Shown here: in pieces, positions 17,183 to 27,647 of the stretch
Layout: each line of letters opens with the position of its first letter
How positions within the stretch are numbered: the stretch's first letter is position 1
Source: Candidatus Bathyarchaeia archaeon
Lineage (GTDB): Archaea > Thermoproteota > Bathyarchaeia > Bathyarchaeales > Bathycorpusculaceae
Length of the DNA stretch: 64,000 bases
Reading direction: 5' to 3'
NCBI GenBank assembly: GCA_038883655.1
Contig: JAVZLQ010000005.1
Location: 1-64,000, forward strand
Notes under the pieces: generated by a model
The model's input: only the letters and a program-made list of their open reading frames with translations
Database searches by the model: none
Told to the model about the DNA's origin: nothing
Program-made: the position numbers and the translations under genes

Positions 17183-18683
17183 ACATAGCTTGCTTAGTCT
17201 TTTCTATGTCTTCACTTAGCACTCTGTCTTCTCTTAGCATTGGTACTACTTTTCTGATGGCTAAATAGGCTTTTTTGGTTCTTTTTCCGAGTTTTTCTGA
17301 TCCGCGTAGGTCTATGGCTTGGGCTGCGCAGAGCAGTTCTATTGCTATTATGTATTGTGTGTTTTGCAGAATTTTTGCGGCTTTTTGGGCGGCTGTTGCT
17401 CCCATACTTACGAAGTCTTCGAAGTTTGCTGATGTTGGTACTGAGTCTACGCATGCTGGATGCGCAAGAACCTTGTTTTCTGAGGCTAGGGCTGCTGCTG
17501 TGTACTGTGTTGTCATTAGGCCGCTGTTTAACCCAACCTTTGCTTGTGGCGGGATTAGGAATGCTGGGAGTCCATTATTTAGTTTTTCATCTAGCAGCCT
17601 AGCTATTCTTCTTTCTGAAATGTTTCCAACAATTGTTAATGCCATTCCTAGAAGGTCCATTGCTATTGACAGTGGTTGTCCGTGAAAGTTTCCGCCTGAG
17701 AGGCATACGCCTTCTTCTGGAAAAACAAGCGGGTTGTCCGTGGCTGAGTTTATTTCTGTTTCCACAACTTTTCTCGCGTAAGCTATTGCGTCTCTTGCTG
17801 CGCCTAAAACTTGCGGTGTGCACCTTAAGCTGTATGGGTCGTGTGGCCGCCCTGTGTTCTTCATTGCCTCCTTTCCTGTTTGTACGAGTTTGCTTCCAGC
17901 TATCATTTCCCTGATGTTTTTTGCTGTTGTGACTTGCCCCGGATGCGGTCTTACTTTGTGGATTTTTTCGTCGTAGGCGTCTGCAACGCCTAAAAGTGCT
18001 TCAAGCGAAAGCGCGGCTGCGGCTTCTGCCGCTTTTATTAGGTTTTCGGCGTCGTGAACTGTTAGGGCTGCTATTGCCGTTATTAGTTGGGTGCCGTTGT
18101 TTAGGGCTACGCCTTCTTTGAATTCGAGTTGGACTGGTTTTATTCCAGCCTTTTCAATGGCTTCCTTTCCATTCATGACTTTGCCTTTGTATTCGGCTTT
18201 TCCTTCGCCTATGAGAACGAGAACCATGTGTGATAGCGGCGCTAGGTCTCCGCTAGCACCCACAGAACCCTTAGAAGGGATTATTGGATGCACTCCCTTG
18301 TTCAGCATTTCTATAAGTGTTTCCAATGTTTCTAGGCGTATGCCCGAATAGCCTTTAGCCAAAGTGTTTGCACGTAAAAGCATCAATGCTCGGACAACGT
18401 CTTTGCTTAACGGTTCTCCAACGCTTGTTGCGTGACTTCTTATCAGGTTTAGTTGGAGCGCTTTCGTTTCTTCTTGTGGGATTTTTATGTTACTTAGCGC
18501 TCCGAAGGCAGTGTTTACTCCGTAGATGACCTCTTTTTTGTTAACTAGTTCTTCGAGGAGGTTGCGGCATTTTTTTACGCGGTTTTTAACTTTTTCTGGT
18601 ATTGTGACTTTTGCGTTTTCTCGTGCAACTTTAACAACGTCTTCTATTGTTAGGTTTTCTCCGTCAATTTGGACTTCATGCAT
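17160..18683 (-). CDS. hutH: Histidine ammonia-lyase
   Basis: GSVGASGDLAPL (MIO), YSLRCTPQ, SGGNFHG. Confidence 0.9.
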   Translation of the reverse strand: MHEVQIDGENLTIEDVVKVARENAKVTIPEKVKNRVKKCRNLLEELVNKKEVIYGVNTAFGALSNIKIPQEETKALQLNLIRSHATSVGEPLSKDVVRALMLLRANTLAKGYSGIRLETLETLIEMLNKGVHPIIPSKGSVGASGDLAPLSHMVLVLIGEGKAEYKGKVMNGKEAIEKAGIKPVQLEFKEGVALNNGTQLITAIAALTVHDAENLIKAAEAAAALSLEALLGVADAYDEKIHKVRPHPGQVTTAKNIREMIAGSKLVQTGKEAMKNTGRPHDPYSLRCTPQVLGAARDAIAYARKVVETEINSATDNPLVFPEEGVCLSGGNFHGQPLSIAMDLLGMALTIVGNISERRIARLLDEKLNNGLPAFLIPPQAKVGLNSGLMTTQYTAAALASENKVLAHPACVDSVPTSANFEDFVSMGATAAQKAAKILQNTQYIIAIELLCAAQAIDLRGSEKLGKRTKKAYLAIRKVVPMLREDRVLSEDIEKTKQAMFTLLRLE

Positions 18684-18866
18684 GAAACGTCTTCTCCTCT
18701 ATGCATTACGCTTTTAAAGTTTTTAATTTTAATGTTTACATTTATTTCTGTCAGTTATTCGGGAAAATTTTGTTATAAAGACTTATTTTTGGAAATATTT
18801 TTCATAAAACTTTTATATCTGATGGGTTGTGGATAACAGTAATTGAATGTGAACTTTGGTGTTCGC

Positions 18867-19109
18867 ATGGAGCCAAGCAAGAAACCATTAAACGTTCTTG
18901 TCAAACAGCTAAATGCAAACATTTCCGTTGTCCTAAAGAATGGATGCGAATATAAGGGTAAGATGATTAAGTGTGATGGGCACATGAATATTCTCCTCGA
19001 AGGCGCAACAGAATGCAGAGACGAGCAGCTAATCACAAACTATGGAAATGTTCTGCTGCGTGGAAACAACATACTCTACATAGTTCTAGATTCATTAAAG
19101 AGCGGTTAA
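18867..19109 (+). CDS. Sm-like (Lsm) RNA-binding protein
   Basis: Sm1 (YKGKMIKCDGHMNILL) and Sm2 (LLRGNNI) motifs. Confidence 0.9.
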   Translation: MEPSKKPLNVLVKQLNANISVVLKNGCEYKGKMIKCDGHMNILLEGATECRDEQLITNYGNVLLRGNNILYIVLDSLKSG

Positions 19110-20000
19110 CTTTCCAGTTCCACAAACATAATCAAAGGCATCCTTTAGCTTAACGCTTAAGCCGTGCCTCCTCTTGAAGTAATCCAGAATGTTTTTGATG
19201 TCTCTTGTTAAGAGTTGCTGGGCGTTGGGATGGCTAGATGTAACGTATTGGGGCCAATCGATTATGAGGATGCGCATGTCTGGTTTTAGGATGACATTGT
19301 ATTCGCTTAAGTCCGCGTGGATTACGCCCGCCTTCAAATAGGCTCTTCTGATGTTGAGCAGTATCTCCTTCAAAACTCCTTTGGGATTTGGAATTTCCCG
19401 CCACTCCGCGAGTTCTGCACCTTCTATAATTCCCATGACTAGTGCGTGGCGGTTTTGGCTTATGGGTTCCGGAACGGCAACCTTTTTTGGGAAAACAAGC
19501 CTTAACGCTTGAAATTCTTTTTCCGCTGCAAGCCTTGACTGAAGAAGCCAGCTGGCGTGTTCAGCCTTTGCCGCGTAATCCCTTTTCCTTCGCGTCTGTC
19601 TAAAACTGATTCTCCCAAGCCTGTGAAATTTTACGGCAACGCGTTCGCCTTTTGGATTTAGCGCATCATAAACGTCCGCTTCTTTCCCAACGCCAAGAGG
19701 CTTTCCAAAAGATTCCAAAACTCCAGCTTTTACGAAGGCATTTATTGCCAGACAGTCGTATCCCGCATAATTCAGCGTGTAGCCAACATATGGCCCACGC
19801 ATTTGACGTATCAGGCGCATTTTGTGTAGGCGGCTTAGCCTAAAACTTGTTTCTTCAGGCGTGAACTTTGTGTATTTTGCGATTAGCTCTTTTGGCGCGT
19901 ATTCGTGTTTCGTCATTGCCACTTCTATGACGTGTAGTACTCTCAAGTCCTTGTTTTCAAGGGTCCGAAACACTTGAACTGCAATTTCGGCTGAGGACAT
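19095..20000 (-). CDS. rio2: RIO2 serine/threonine kinase
   Basis: N-terminal wHTH, GVGKEADV, KFHRLGRISF, HADLSEYNV, IDWPQ. Confidence 0.93.
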   Translation of the reverse strand: MSSAEIAVQVFRTLENKDLRVLHVIEVAMTKHEYAPKELIAKYTKFTPEETSFRLSRLHKMRLIRQMRGPYVGYTLNYAGYDCLAINAFVKAGVLESFGKPLGVGKEADVYDALNPKGERVAVKFHRLGRISFRQTRRKRDYAAKAEHASWLLQSRLAAEKEFQALRLVFPKKVAVPEPISQNRHALVMGIIEGAELAEWREIPNPKGVLKEILLNIRRAYLKAGVIHADLSEYNVILKPDMRILIIDWPQYVTSSHPNAQQLLTRDIKNILDYFKRRHGLSVKLKDAFDYVCGTGKLTAL

Positions 20001-20030
20001 AACCTAAGCACTTTTAGGCTTTCCGCCTAA

Positions 20031-21182
20031 TTAAACTTCCACGGTTTCCGTTTTTTCTATGCTTTCTTTAATGGCTTCTTCAAGATGCAGTTTGGATTCT
20101 ATTGCCTCCACAACTTCTTGTTTAGCCTTTGTCACTGGATGTTTGGCGATGAAAAGCGAGCAGCAGTCCTTGTAGGGTTTGACTGAAACTTCAAATGTTC
20201 CAATCTGTTTGGCTAAGTTGACTGTTTCATTTTTCTCGTAAGTCAACAGTGGTCTGAGGATAGGCATTGCAGTAGCGCTGTTTATTACGGCTATATTCTC
20301 CAATGTTTGCGATGAAACTTGCGCCAGGTTTTCGCCGCTTCCTAAGGCGCTTATGCCGTGCGCCTTGGCAATTTTTTCCGCAACCCTAACCATGAACCTT
20401 CTAAAGAGTATTAGACGGTATCGCATTGGCGCTTCAACGGCTTCGGCTTCGAACGGGTAGAACGGCACAAAAAACACTTTCGCCCTAAAACAGTATTTTT
20501 TTAGGATTTTTGCCAAATCAAGGATTTTTTCGTTTCGTTTTTCATCAAACTTCTCGAAAGCGTGAAAATGCAGGAAGTCAACTTCGCATCCGCGCTTCAT
20601 TAGAAGCCAAGCTGCAACTGGTGAGTCTATGCCCCCCGATAGAAGATGCAAAACCTTTCCGGAAACGCCGACTGGTAAGCCGTATAACCCTTTGATTTTC
20701 CTGGTTGAGATGTAGGCTTTTCCATTAACAAGTTCGACGAGAATTTCTTTTTGCGGCTGTTTCATGGAAATTTTGGCATTAAAGTTCTTGACGAGATATT
20801 CGCCGAGTTCGCGGTTTAGATCCATTGATGTGAAGGGTAATGTTTTATCTGCTCTTGTTGTTGAAACTTTTATTTTTTCGCCACCCGCAAGTGTGACCTT
20901 TTCTTTTATGCACTCTTTGATGCTTTCTTTTTTAGCTTCTGTTGTATAATAAAATGCGAACCATGCTATGCCAAATACTCTCTTCAGGGATTCTTCGATT
21001 TCGTTAAGGTTTGATTTCTCGTTTAGTTCTATTAGGATTCTTCCTTGTAGCTTCCTTATCTTGCCATACTCTTGCTCAGCAAGCGCCTTATCAATATTTT
21101 CGATTAGCTTTCTTTCAAAGTATGGTCTATTCAACCCTTTCAGCGCAAGTTCGCCGTAGTGAACCAAAATGCAGTCGAACAC
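20031..21182 (-). CDS. thiI: tRNA 4-thiouridine synthase ThiI
   Basis: YGELALKG, THUMP domain, LSGGIDSPVA, QVSSQT, DCC. Confidence 0.93.
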   Translation of the reverse strand: MFDCILVHYGELALKGLNRPYFERKLIENIDKALAEQEYGKIRKLQGRILIELNEKSNLNEIEESLKRVFGIAWFAFYYTTEAKKESIKECIKEKVTLAGGEKIKVSTTRADKTLPFTSMDLNRELGEYLVKNFNAKISMKQPQKEILVELVNGKAYISTRKIKGLYGLPVGVSGKVLHLLSGGIDSPVAAWLLMKRGCEVDFLHFHAFEKFDEKRNEKILDLAKILKKYCFRAKVFFVPFYPFEAEAVEAPMRYRLILFRRFMVRVAEKIAKAHGISALGSGENLAQVSSQTLENIAVINSATAMPILRPLLTYEKNETVNLAKQIGTFEVSVKPYKDCCSLFIAKHPVTKAKQEVVEAIESKLHLEEAIKESIEKTETVEV

Positions 21183-21231
21183 ATTTGGAAAGTGTTAAAA
21201 TTTGGTTTTAAAGGTTTTTATTTCTACACTT

Positions 21232-22257
21232 TTAGGTTTCGTAACCTCCGAAGCTTACTACGAGGAACACGAAATACATGAATAGTAGAACGGCACTTTC
21301 TCGCCAGCTTACTTTTTCGCTCGAAAGGAAATACCATAGGAAGAGGTTGACTATGAGGGAGAACATTGCCAGTTTCGAGAAAGCCACCATGTTAACTATG
21401 AAGCTTGATGTTATTAGGCTCGTGCCTAAGATGCATGTTATGTTTATGAAGCAGCTGCCTACAATGTTGCCTAAGGCTAGGTCTAAGTGTCCCTTTTTTG
21501 TCGCCTCCACAGCTGTTGCAAGTTCTGGCAGGCTTGTGCCCAAAGCTACTATTGTTGAGCCTATAACCACTGGAGGTATGCCTATGCTGTCAGCGATGAA
21601 TCTTGCCGATGAAACTATGAAGTTTGAGCTTACTATTACGCCGGCCACCCCCAAAAGAGTCAAAACCACGTATAAGCGTAGCTTTTGCCTTTCCTCTCCT
21701 AACGCGCCTTCTTCCTTCACTTTCCTTATTTTTGAGAGTTGATAAACGTAGAAGATGAAGATTGCGAGAAGGACGACGCCTATGAACCTGCTTGCGTATC
21801 CGAGGTAAAGCAGAATCAGCGGAACAACCGAGGCTACGAAAATGCCGAAGTATAGGCTTCCAATTTCCTCTTTTGCCATGTTTGGATAGAAGCTTGTGTA
21901 GTTTGGACATTTTATCACTGCCAGTAAGAAGCAGACACCGAGGATTAGGCATATGTTAACTATGTTTGAGCCTAAAACGTTGCCTATCGCCACGCCTATG
22001 GATTCTTGTCCAATCGCCGCAAAAACTGAAACGAAAAGTTCTGGAAGTGATGTTGAAAAGGCGACAAGTATGAAGCCAACCGTTGTTTTGCCCATGCCAG
22101 TTATGTCAGCAACCCTAACAGAATTTTTAATCGTCAAATCGCTCGACTCATTCAGAATCACCAATGAGATAATGAGAATTAAGATGTTGACCAGCAAACC
22201 TTCGAACAACTGTTTTTCTCCTTTTACGTATTCCTTTGATAGGCACATTAGCAGCAA
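21232..22257 (-). CDS. Ca2+/cation antiporter (YrbG/CaCA family)
   Basis: Two alpha repeats STSLPEL/GTSLPEL, GSNI; start may be ~22209. Confidence 0.9.
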   Translation of the reverse strand: MLLMCLSKEYVKGEKQLFEGLLVNILILIISLVILNESSDLTIKNSVRVADITGMGKTTVGFILVAFSTSLPELFVSVFAAIGQESIGVAIGNVLGSNIVNICLILGVCFLLAVIKCPNYTSFYPNMAKEEIGSLYFGIFVASVVPLILLYLGYASRFIGVVLLAIFIFYVYQLSKIRKVKEEGALGEERQKLRLYVVLTLLGVAGVIVSSNFIVSSARFIADSIGIPPVVIGSTIVALGTSLPELATAVEATKKGHLDLALGNIVGSCFINITCILGTSLITSSFIVNMVAFSKLAMFSLIVNLFLWYFLSSEKVSWRESAVLLFMYFVFLVVSFGGYET

Positions 22258-22274
22258 ATAAGTTTAATGGGTCC

Positions 22275-23222
22275 TCAACTCAAATACAATGTTACGTATG
22301 AGAATAAGTACAATGCAACAAACAATGCTCCAGCTTTTTTATCAACTTTTTCCCTAAACGCAAGTGTCGCCAAAACAATTACGGAGACAAGAAGCGCGTA
22401 AAGTCCTGTAGTTTCGGCTATTCTTCCAGACACGTTTACTGGCGCGAAGAAGAATGGACCAATCCCGATGGAGAAGCCAGCGTCAACTATGCAACTTCCT
22501 ATGGCGTCTCCTATCGCGATTTCATACTGCCTTTTGCGAACTGCCGTTAAGTCAACCGCCAACTCTGGAAGTGATGTCCCAATGGACACTATGAAGAAGC
22601 TGATAATGTACTCATGAATATTTAGCTCTGAAGAAATCGCTATAACAGATTCAACAACCACATAAGAGCCCACGGCAACACCAGCATAACCCAAAGTGAC
22701 AATCAGTAGGTGATAAAATAATCCTCTGTTCTTGTTGGCTATTGGCGGCGGCTCCTGTCTGATGGTCCTTCTAACGATTAGCATTAGAAGCGGCCAACTT
22801 GCCACCAAGAAGACGGCATTCATCCACGAAATATAGCCTTTTTCAACCATCGCGATTGATGCTATAAGTGCCAAGATTTCACATGCGCCTATGACGATTA
22901 TTTCGTCTCTTCTAACCTTGAAGGACTCTCTTGCAAGGATTGCGTAAAGTCCAAGCATCAAGGAAATTTGGGCGAGTACAGACCCGAAGGAGTCGCCTAC
23001 ATTTATGTCACCGTGTCTCCTAAAAGATGAGAATATCGAGTTTGCAATTTCTGGGAGATCTGTGCCCAGAGACACTATTAGAAGACCAATCATCAGCGGC
23101 GAAACTTTCAACATTGAAGCTACGTTTATTGAGTGTTCAACCGCCTTGTCGCTTGCAAAAATCAAGAGTGCAAGCCCCGAAATCAGCGCAGCAGCGGCAA
23201 GCACGAAGTCAAGCATAGACAA
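22275..23222 (-). CDS. Ca2+/cation antiporter (YrbG/CaCA family), paralog
   Basis: GTDLPEI and GTSLPEL alpha repeats. Confidence 0.88.
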   Translation of the reverse strand: MSMLDFVLAAAALISGLALLIFASDKAVEHSINVASMLKVSPLMIGLLIVSLGTDLPEIANSIFSSFRRHGDINVGDSFGSVLAQISLMLGLYAILARESFKVRRDEIIVIGACEILALIASIAMVEKGYISWMNAVFLVASWPLLMLIVRRTIRQEPPPIANKNRGLFYHLLIVTLGYAGVAVGSYVVVESVIAISSELNIHEYIISFFIVSIGTSLPELAVDLTAVRKRQYEIAIGDAIGSCIVDAGFSIGIGPFFFAPVNVSGRIAETTGLYALLVSVIVLATLAFREKVDKKAGALFVALYLFSYVTLYLS

Positions 23223-23322
23223 GCCTCTAAAAAATGTTAATTTCCAATCAATAAAAGTTTTGGTAATTCAAAATACAGAGCAGACGTAAAGCAAAAATCA
23301 TCTTGCGAAAATAAGATTCCTT

Positions 23323-24156
23323 ATGAGCAAAGTCGAAATCGTCCTACTTGGAACAGGCGGGGGAAGGTTCGCAACAATCACGCAAAAGAGGCGAACCGCT
23401 GGCATCCGCATAATCAGCGAAGGCTTAAACTTGCATTTGGACCCGGGACCTGGAGCGCTCGTGCACTCCATCAATGAGGGGTTAGACCCGCAGAAGATTA
23501 ACGCAATTTTTGTTTCGCATTGTCATCCAGACCATTACACTGATGCCGAAGTTTTAATTGAAGCCATGACGCATGGAATGACTAAAAAACGCGGAATAAT
23601 AGCCGCTTCAAAGAGCGTTTTAAGCGGAAGCAGTGTCTGCGAACCATCAATCTCGAGGTATCACCAGCAGATGCCAAAACAGAAAATCGAAGTTACGCCA
23701 AACATGAAATTCCAAGCATATAGTCTCAATGTTTTAGTAACGGAGGCAAGGCACACGGACCCAGACGCTGTTGGATTTAGGTTTGAAACAAAAGAGTTTG
23801 GAGACTTCGCCTACACAAGCGACACAGAATACTTTGAAGGCATAGGAAAATACTATGCTGGCGTGAGGCTGCTTATGCTCTGCATAATGCGACCAACCGG
23901 AAAACCATGGAAGGGACACATGACAACAAATGATGCAATAAAAATACTTGAAGAGACACGCCCAGAAATGGCTGTTTTAACGCATTTTGGAATGCAAATG
24001 ATATTCAAGGGACCAGCAAGCGAAGCAAAGGAAATCGAAGAGAAAACTGGAGTGCCGACAATCGCCGCCGTGGACAACCTGCGAATAGAATTCGGCGAAA
24101 AAATAAACGTGCACGCTCCAAAGAAGGTTCAGCAGGGACTGGATAAGTTCCTATAA
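23323..24156 (+). CDS. Metallo-beta-lactamase-fold hydrolase
   Basis: LLGTGG, SHCHPDH, TSDT, LTHFG. Confidence 0.88.
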   Translation: MSKVEIVLLGTGGGRFATITQKRRTAGIRIISEGLNLHLDPGPGALVHSINEGLDPQKINAIFVSHCHPDHYTDAEVLIEAMTHGMTKKRGIIAASKSVLSGSSVCEPSISRYHQQMPKQKIEVTPNMKFQAYSLNVLVTEARHTDPDAVGFRFETKEFGDFAYTSDTEYFEGIGKYYAGVRLLMLCIMRPTGKPWKGHMTTNDAIKILEETRPEMAVLTHFGMQMIFKGPASEAKEIEEKTGVPTIAAVDNLRIEFGEKINVHAPKKVQQGLDKFL

Positions 24157-24206
24157 AGCTTTAAACTTAAACCCTTCTGATATATGCCCTTGAAGGAGCC
24201 AAGTCG

Positions 24207-24881
24207 ATGCGAATCGTGCTTAGAATAGGCGGTTCCGTAATAGCCTCGCCAATCAATCCAACATTGATAAGCAAGTATGCGGAAATTCTGAAAAAATTGA
24301 AAAGTGAAGGTCATGACGTGGCGGTTGTTGTTGGCGGCGGCGCTCCAGCAAGAGAATTCATTGAGGCAGCAAAGGATTTGGGACTTGAAGAAAAAGACCA
24401 AGATGACGTGGCAATTTCCATTTCAAGAATTTTCGCTCAGCTTTTTATAAAGAAACTTGGCGAACTTTCCTGCAAAACTGTTCCCTTAACTGTTAAAGAT
24501 GCTGTTAAATGCCTCGCGAATGGAAAAATTGTGGTTATGGGTGGTTTGAAGCCCGGCATGACCACGGATACTGTTGCCGCGATGGTTGCTGGAGAGGTGA
24601 ACGCGGACTTGCTTGTCAAAGCGACGGACCAGGAGGGAATCTATGACAAGGATCCCAAAAAATATGCTGATGCTGTTAAGCTTGAAAGTTTGCGTTATGA
24701 GGATTTACCACGCGTTTTTGCTGAGAACAAGCATAAGGCTGGAATACACCAAATCCTAGACCCAGAAGCGATAAAAATTTTGAAGCACAAACGAGTTAAA
24801 GTTGTTGTTGTGAACGGGTTCAAACCAGAAAATGTTTTAGCTGCTGTAAAGGGCGAACGAGTCGGAACAACAATTTGTTAA
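24207..24881 (+). CDS. pyrH: UMP kinase
   Basis: RIGGSV, VVGGG, PGMTTD, GIYDKDP. Confidence 0.9.
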   Translation: MRIVLRIGGSVIASPINPTLISKYAEILKKLKSEGHDVAVVVGGGAPAREFIEAAKDLGLEEKDQDDVAISISRIFAQLFIKKLGELSCKTVPLTVKDAVKCLANGKIVVMGGLKPGMTTDTVAAMVAGEVNADLLVKATDQEGIYDKDPKKYADAVKLESLRYEDLPRVFAENKHKAGIHQILDPEAIKILKHKRVKVVVVNGFKPENVLAAVKGERVGTTIC

Positions 24882-24929
24882 GCGTTGAAGCTCTGTAAAA
24901 TGTGGAAGCTCTAAAAAGCGTGTTGTGGT

Positions 24930-26876
24930 TTAGATTTTCAGTTTTCTCCCGATTTTCCTATTTAAAAGTGCTACGGCTACTGTTGAAATAACCATTAGTG
25001 GTGTAATTGTGGCTGATGGGAATTCTGGTATTACATGGGTTCCTTGTATTGTGACTGTTTTGGTGCTGTGGTTGTAGGTGAAGTAGAGATACGTGAAGTT
25101 TCCGTCTTCCAATTCAAAATAGTCTGTTATTTGTTGATCGCCAACTGTTATTGTCCACCCATCATCAACCTCAACCCACAATAAATTTTTGGGAATGGCT
25201 ACCCTACAGAAGCCAGTTGTTCCATCTTTGCCAGTCACGTTAAACTGTAAAAAGGCTCCTTCTTCAGGGTCAAAGTGAAAATCCGATACCGTGGAGTTGC
25301 TGATTATGCCAACGTTATATGATACGTCGCTCCATACTCCAGCTTCAAAAACTATAATTGGCGCAATAAGCGGGTACCTGTCAGCGTTGTTTACATCAAT
25401 AATGTATGGCGTGTCACCTATGCCATCAAAATCCGCATCAGTTCCATTGTAATCGCTCCAATAGTTTCCACCCGAAGGATAACCATCATCCCATGTAATA
25501 TCATATACATTTCCAGCGACGGAGTGATTTTTATTGTATAAAAAGTTGTTATGAAAAACGCGGGAGTTTGAGCCGCTAATAATATCAAAGCCATAATAAC
25601 TCTGAGAAATATTATTGCAGCAAACTATGTTATTATTGCATTCACTAATAACAAGTCCATAGTTATTATTTAAAATCTGGTTTTGAATTATTTTATTATT
25701 GTTACAATAAAGTAGTGCTATTCCAGTCCACCAGTTTGTCGCGTGATCGCCTACAGTATTACGATATAAAGTAACATTAGTACAGTGGAGACATTCGAGT
25801 CCTATTATAAGATACGAGGACGAAGATGGATCGGTCCGAACAACCGGGCTTATAATTGTAACATTCTGCACAAGCACATTTGTGACCTCGCAGAGAACAA
25901 TGCCTGAAGTATTCGTTAGAACATGATCCTTTATAATTACGTTGGTGCAGTTAATCATGTAGAATGCTGCCGCACTGGTTGAAGAGTCATAAACAACATT
26001 TGAAGCACCTTTTATGTAGTAAATCGGTTTTCCATCAGCTATGTTGCTTAAATCCACAGTGTTATTAAAGTGCTGCGTATCCCAGCCTTCAACCGCAAAA
26101 TTAAAAGTATTATTTATCATGACATTGCCTGAAAGAAAATTACTATAAGAGTAAGCAAGACCTATACCCCAAGGGCTTTCTGAGATTTTATTCTGTATCA
26201 GCGTATTGTTCCAAGATGTTACAATGCTTATTCCTCCGGAAACAAAACTGCGTATTATTGTATTATTTATTATTATGTTGTCACATGAGTAATCATAAAT
26301 TGCAATGCTTCCAAAGCTTCCTCTGTATCCAACAATCGTATTATTGCAAATGAATGTGGCGCGGGAGGTCAAAACCAATATTGCGCCTCCTATTAATGTA
26401 TTGTTTTCAATTAGGTTTCCATGGCTTCCTCCGGCAACATAAATGCCACAGTCAGTTAACCGATTATTCAAGATGCTACATCCGAAACTGTATTCCACAA
26501 GTAACCCTTCATAAATAGGAAGCATCCCTTTTGATATTTCCAGATTGCACACCGTCACATTATTCCTATAACTAATATCGATTCCGCCTTGCAACATGTA
26601 TCCACTTCCGTCGATAACTATGTTGTCTCTTTCAACGATTATTCCATCACCAGAACTTGTAATGTTATCAGTTAAAGTGTATGTTATATTGTCATAGGTT
26701 ATGATTGGTGCGTTTGGTGGGTCTATGCTTCCGTCAGCCCGAATGTAAACTGTTCCAGTCCATTCCGCCTCGGTTGGTTTAATATTAAATGCGAAAGTCA
26801 GCGTGCCAATAAAAAACATTGTGAACATAAATGCGCAAGTCATCCTCTTCATTTTTACGCACCTTATAATATTCAA
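24930..26876 (-). CDS. NosD/CASH parallel beta-helix surface protein with PEF-CTERM-like anchor
   Basis: Asn/Ile repeats, WDDGYPSGGNYWSDY, DGIGDTPY, IPEFP plus TM. Confidence 0.85.
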   Translation of the reverse strand: MNIIRCVKMKRMTCAFMFTMFFIGTLTFAFNIKPTEAEWTGTVYIRADGSIDPPNAPIITYDNITYTLTDNITSSGDGIIVERDNIVIDGSGYMLQGGIDISYRNNVTVCNLEISKGMLPIYEGLLVEYSFGCSILNNRLTDCGIYVAGGSHGNLIENNTLIGGAILVLTSRATFICNNTIVGYRGSFGSIAIYDYSCDNIIINNTIIRSFVSGGISIVTSWNNTLIQNKISESPWGIGLAYSYSNFLSGNVMINNTFNFAVEGWDTQHFNNTVDLSNIADGKPIYYIKGASNVVYDSSTSAAAFYMINCTNVIIKDHVLTNTSGIVLCEVTNVLVQNVTIISPVVRTDPSSSSYLIIGLECLHCTNVTLYRNTVGDHATNWWTGIALLYCNNNKIIQNQILNNNYGLVISECNNNIVCCNNISQSYYGFDIISGSNSRVFHNNFLYNKNHSVAGNVYDITWDDGYPSGGNYWSDYNGTDADFDGIGDTPYIIDVNNADRYPLIAPIIVFEAGVWSDVSYNVGIISNSTVSDFHFDPEEGAFLQFNVTGKDGTTGFCRVAIPKNLLWVEVDDGWTITVGDQQITDYFELEDGNFTYLYFTYNHSTKTVTIQGTHVIPEFPSATITPLMVISTVAVALLNRKIGRKLKI

Positions 26877-27043
26877 AGAAGAATACTGATGTTAATTTAA
26901 AATTTTAGGTAAAAATCCTCTATAAGGTTTTTACATTCGGCTACTTATGTTAAGAAAATCAAAAGCATGCTCCTGTAGAAGACCTATTCCAGCTTTTCTT
27001 GCCAAAAGTAATTGCAATAGGTTTAAATAAAGGTTTGTCATTG

Positions 27044-27065
27044 TTGATATCAAATTTGATATCAA
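27044..27065. promoter_or_regulatory. Palindromic operator for PadR-ABC operon
   Basis: TTGATATCAAATTTGATATCAA perfect 22-bp palindrome ~15 nt downstream of TTTAAATA (27022). Confidence 0.65.
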
Positions 27066-27077
27066 TAGTGATGTGAA

Positions 27078-27647
27078 ATGTTTGATAGAATTCCTCCAAC
27101 TCCACCGTTTAGGCACTGGCTTAGGCACATGGCAGCCGTACCAAAAGGGTTTCTGCGCTATCAAGTTCTTGAGCTTCTAAACGAAAAGCCATTATCTGGC
27201 TCGGAGATAATGAGTGAAATTGAGAGGCGAACAAACGGGTGTTGGAAGCCAAGTCCAGGCTCTGTTTATCCGCTTCTGGCTTGGCTTCAGGATAACGGCT
27301 ACATTAAAGAGGTGCCAGCTGAAGAAAGTGGAATAAAGCGTTACACACTTACGGATAAAGGGAAACAGCTTCTGGAGGAACAACGCAAGCTGCAAGCCCA
27401 TTTCCGTGCTGGTAGGAAGCTTTTTGTGCCGCCGTTTTTCGGCTCGTTCTTGCTGCGCATCCCACCAGAAGAGGCTAACGAAATTCGAGAAGCCTTTAGG
27501 CGTTTATTCAAGGTTTTCTTCAGTCTCGGCATGAGCCTTGAAGAGAAGTTTTCGGAGCAAGCTATAAAAGAAACCTTGAAGGTTTTGAATGAAACCGCTC
27601 AGAGGCTTGAAGAAATAGAAAAGAAATTAAGAGGCAGAAAAGCGTGA
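27078..27647 (+). CDS. PadR-family regulator
   Basis: WKPSPGSVYPLL, YTLTDKG. Confidence 0.9.
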   Translation: MFDRIPPTPPFRHWLRHMAAVPKGFLRYQVLELLNEKPLSGSEIMSEIERRTNGCWKPSPGSVYPLLAWLQDNGYIKEVPAEESGIKRYTLTDKGKQLLEEQRKLQAHFRAGRKLFVPPFFGSFLLRIPPEEANEIREAFRRLFKVFFSLGMSLEEKFSEQAIKETLKVLNETAQRLEEIEKKLRGRKA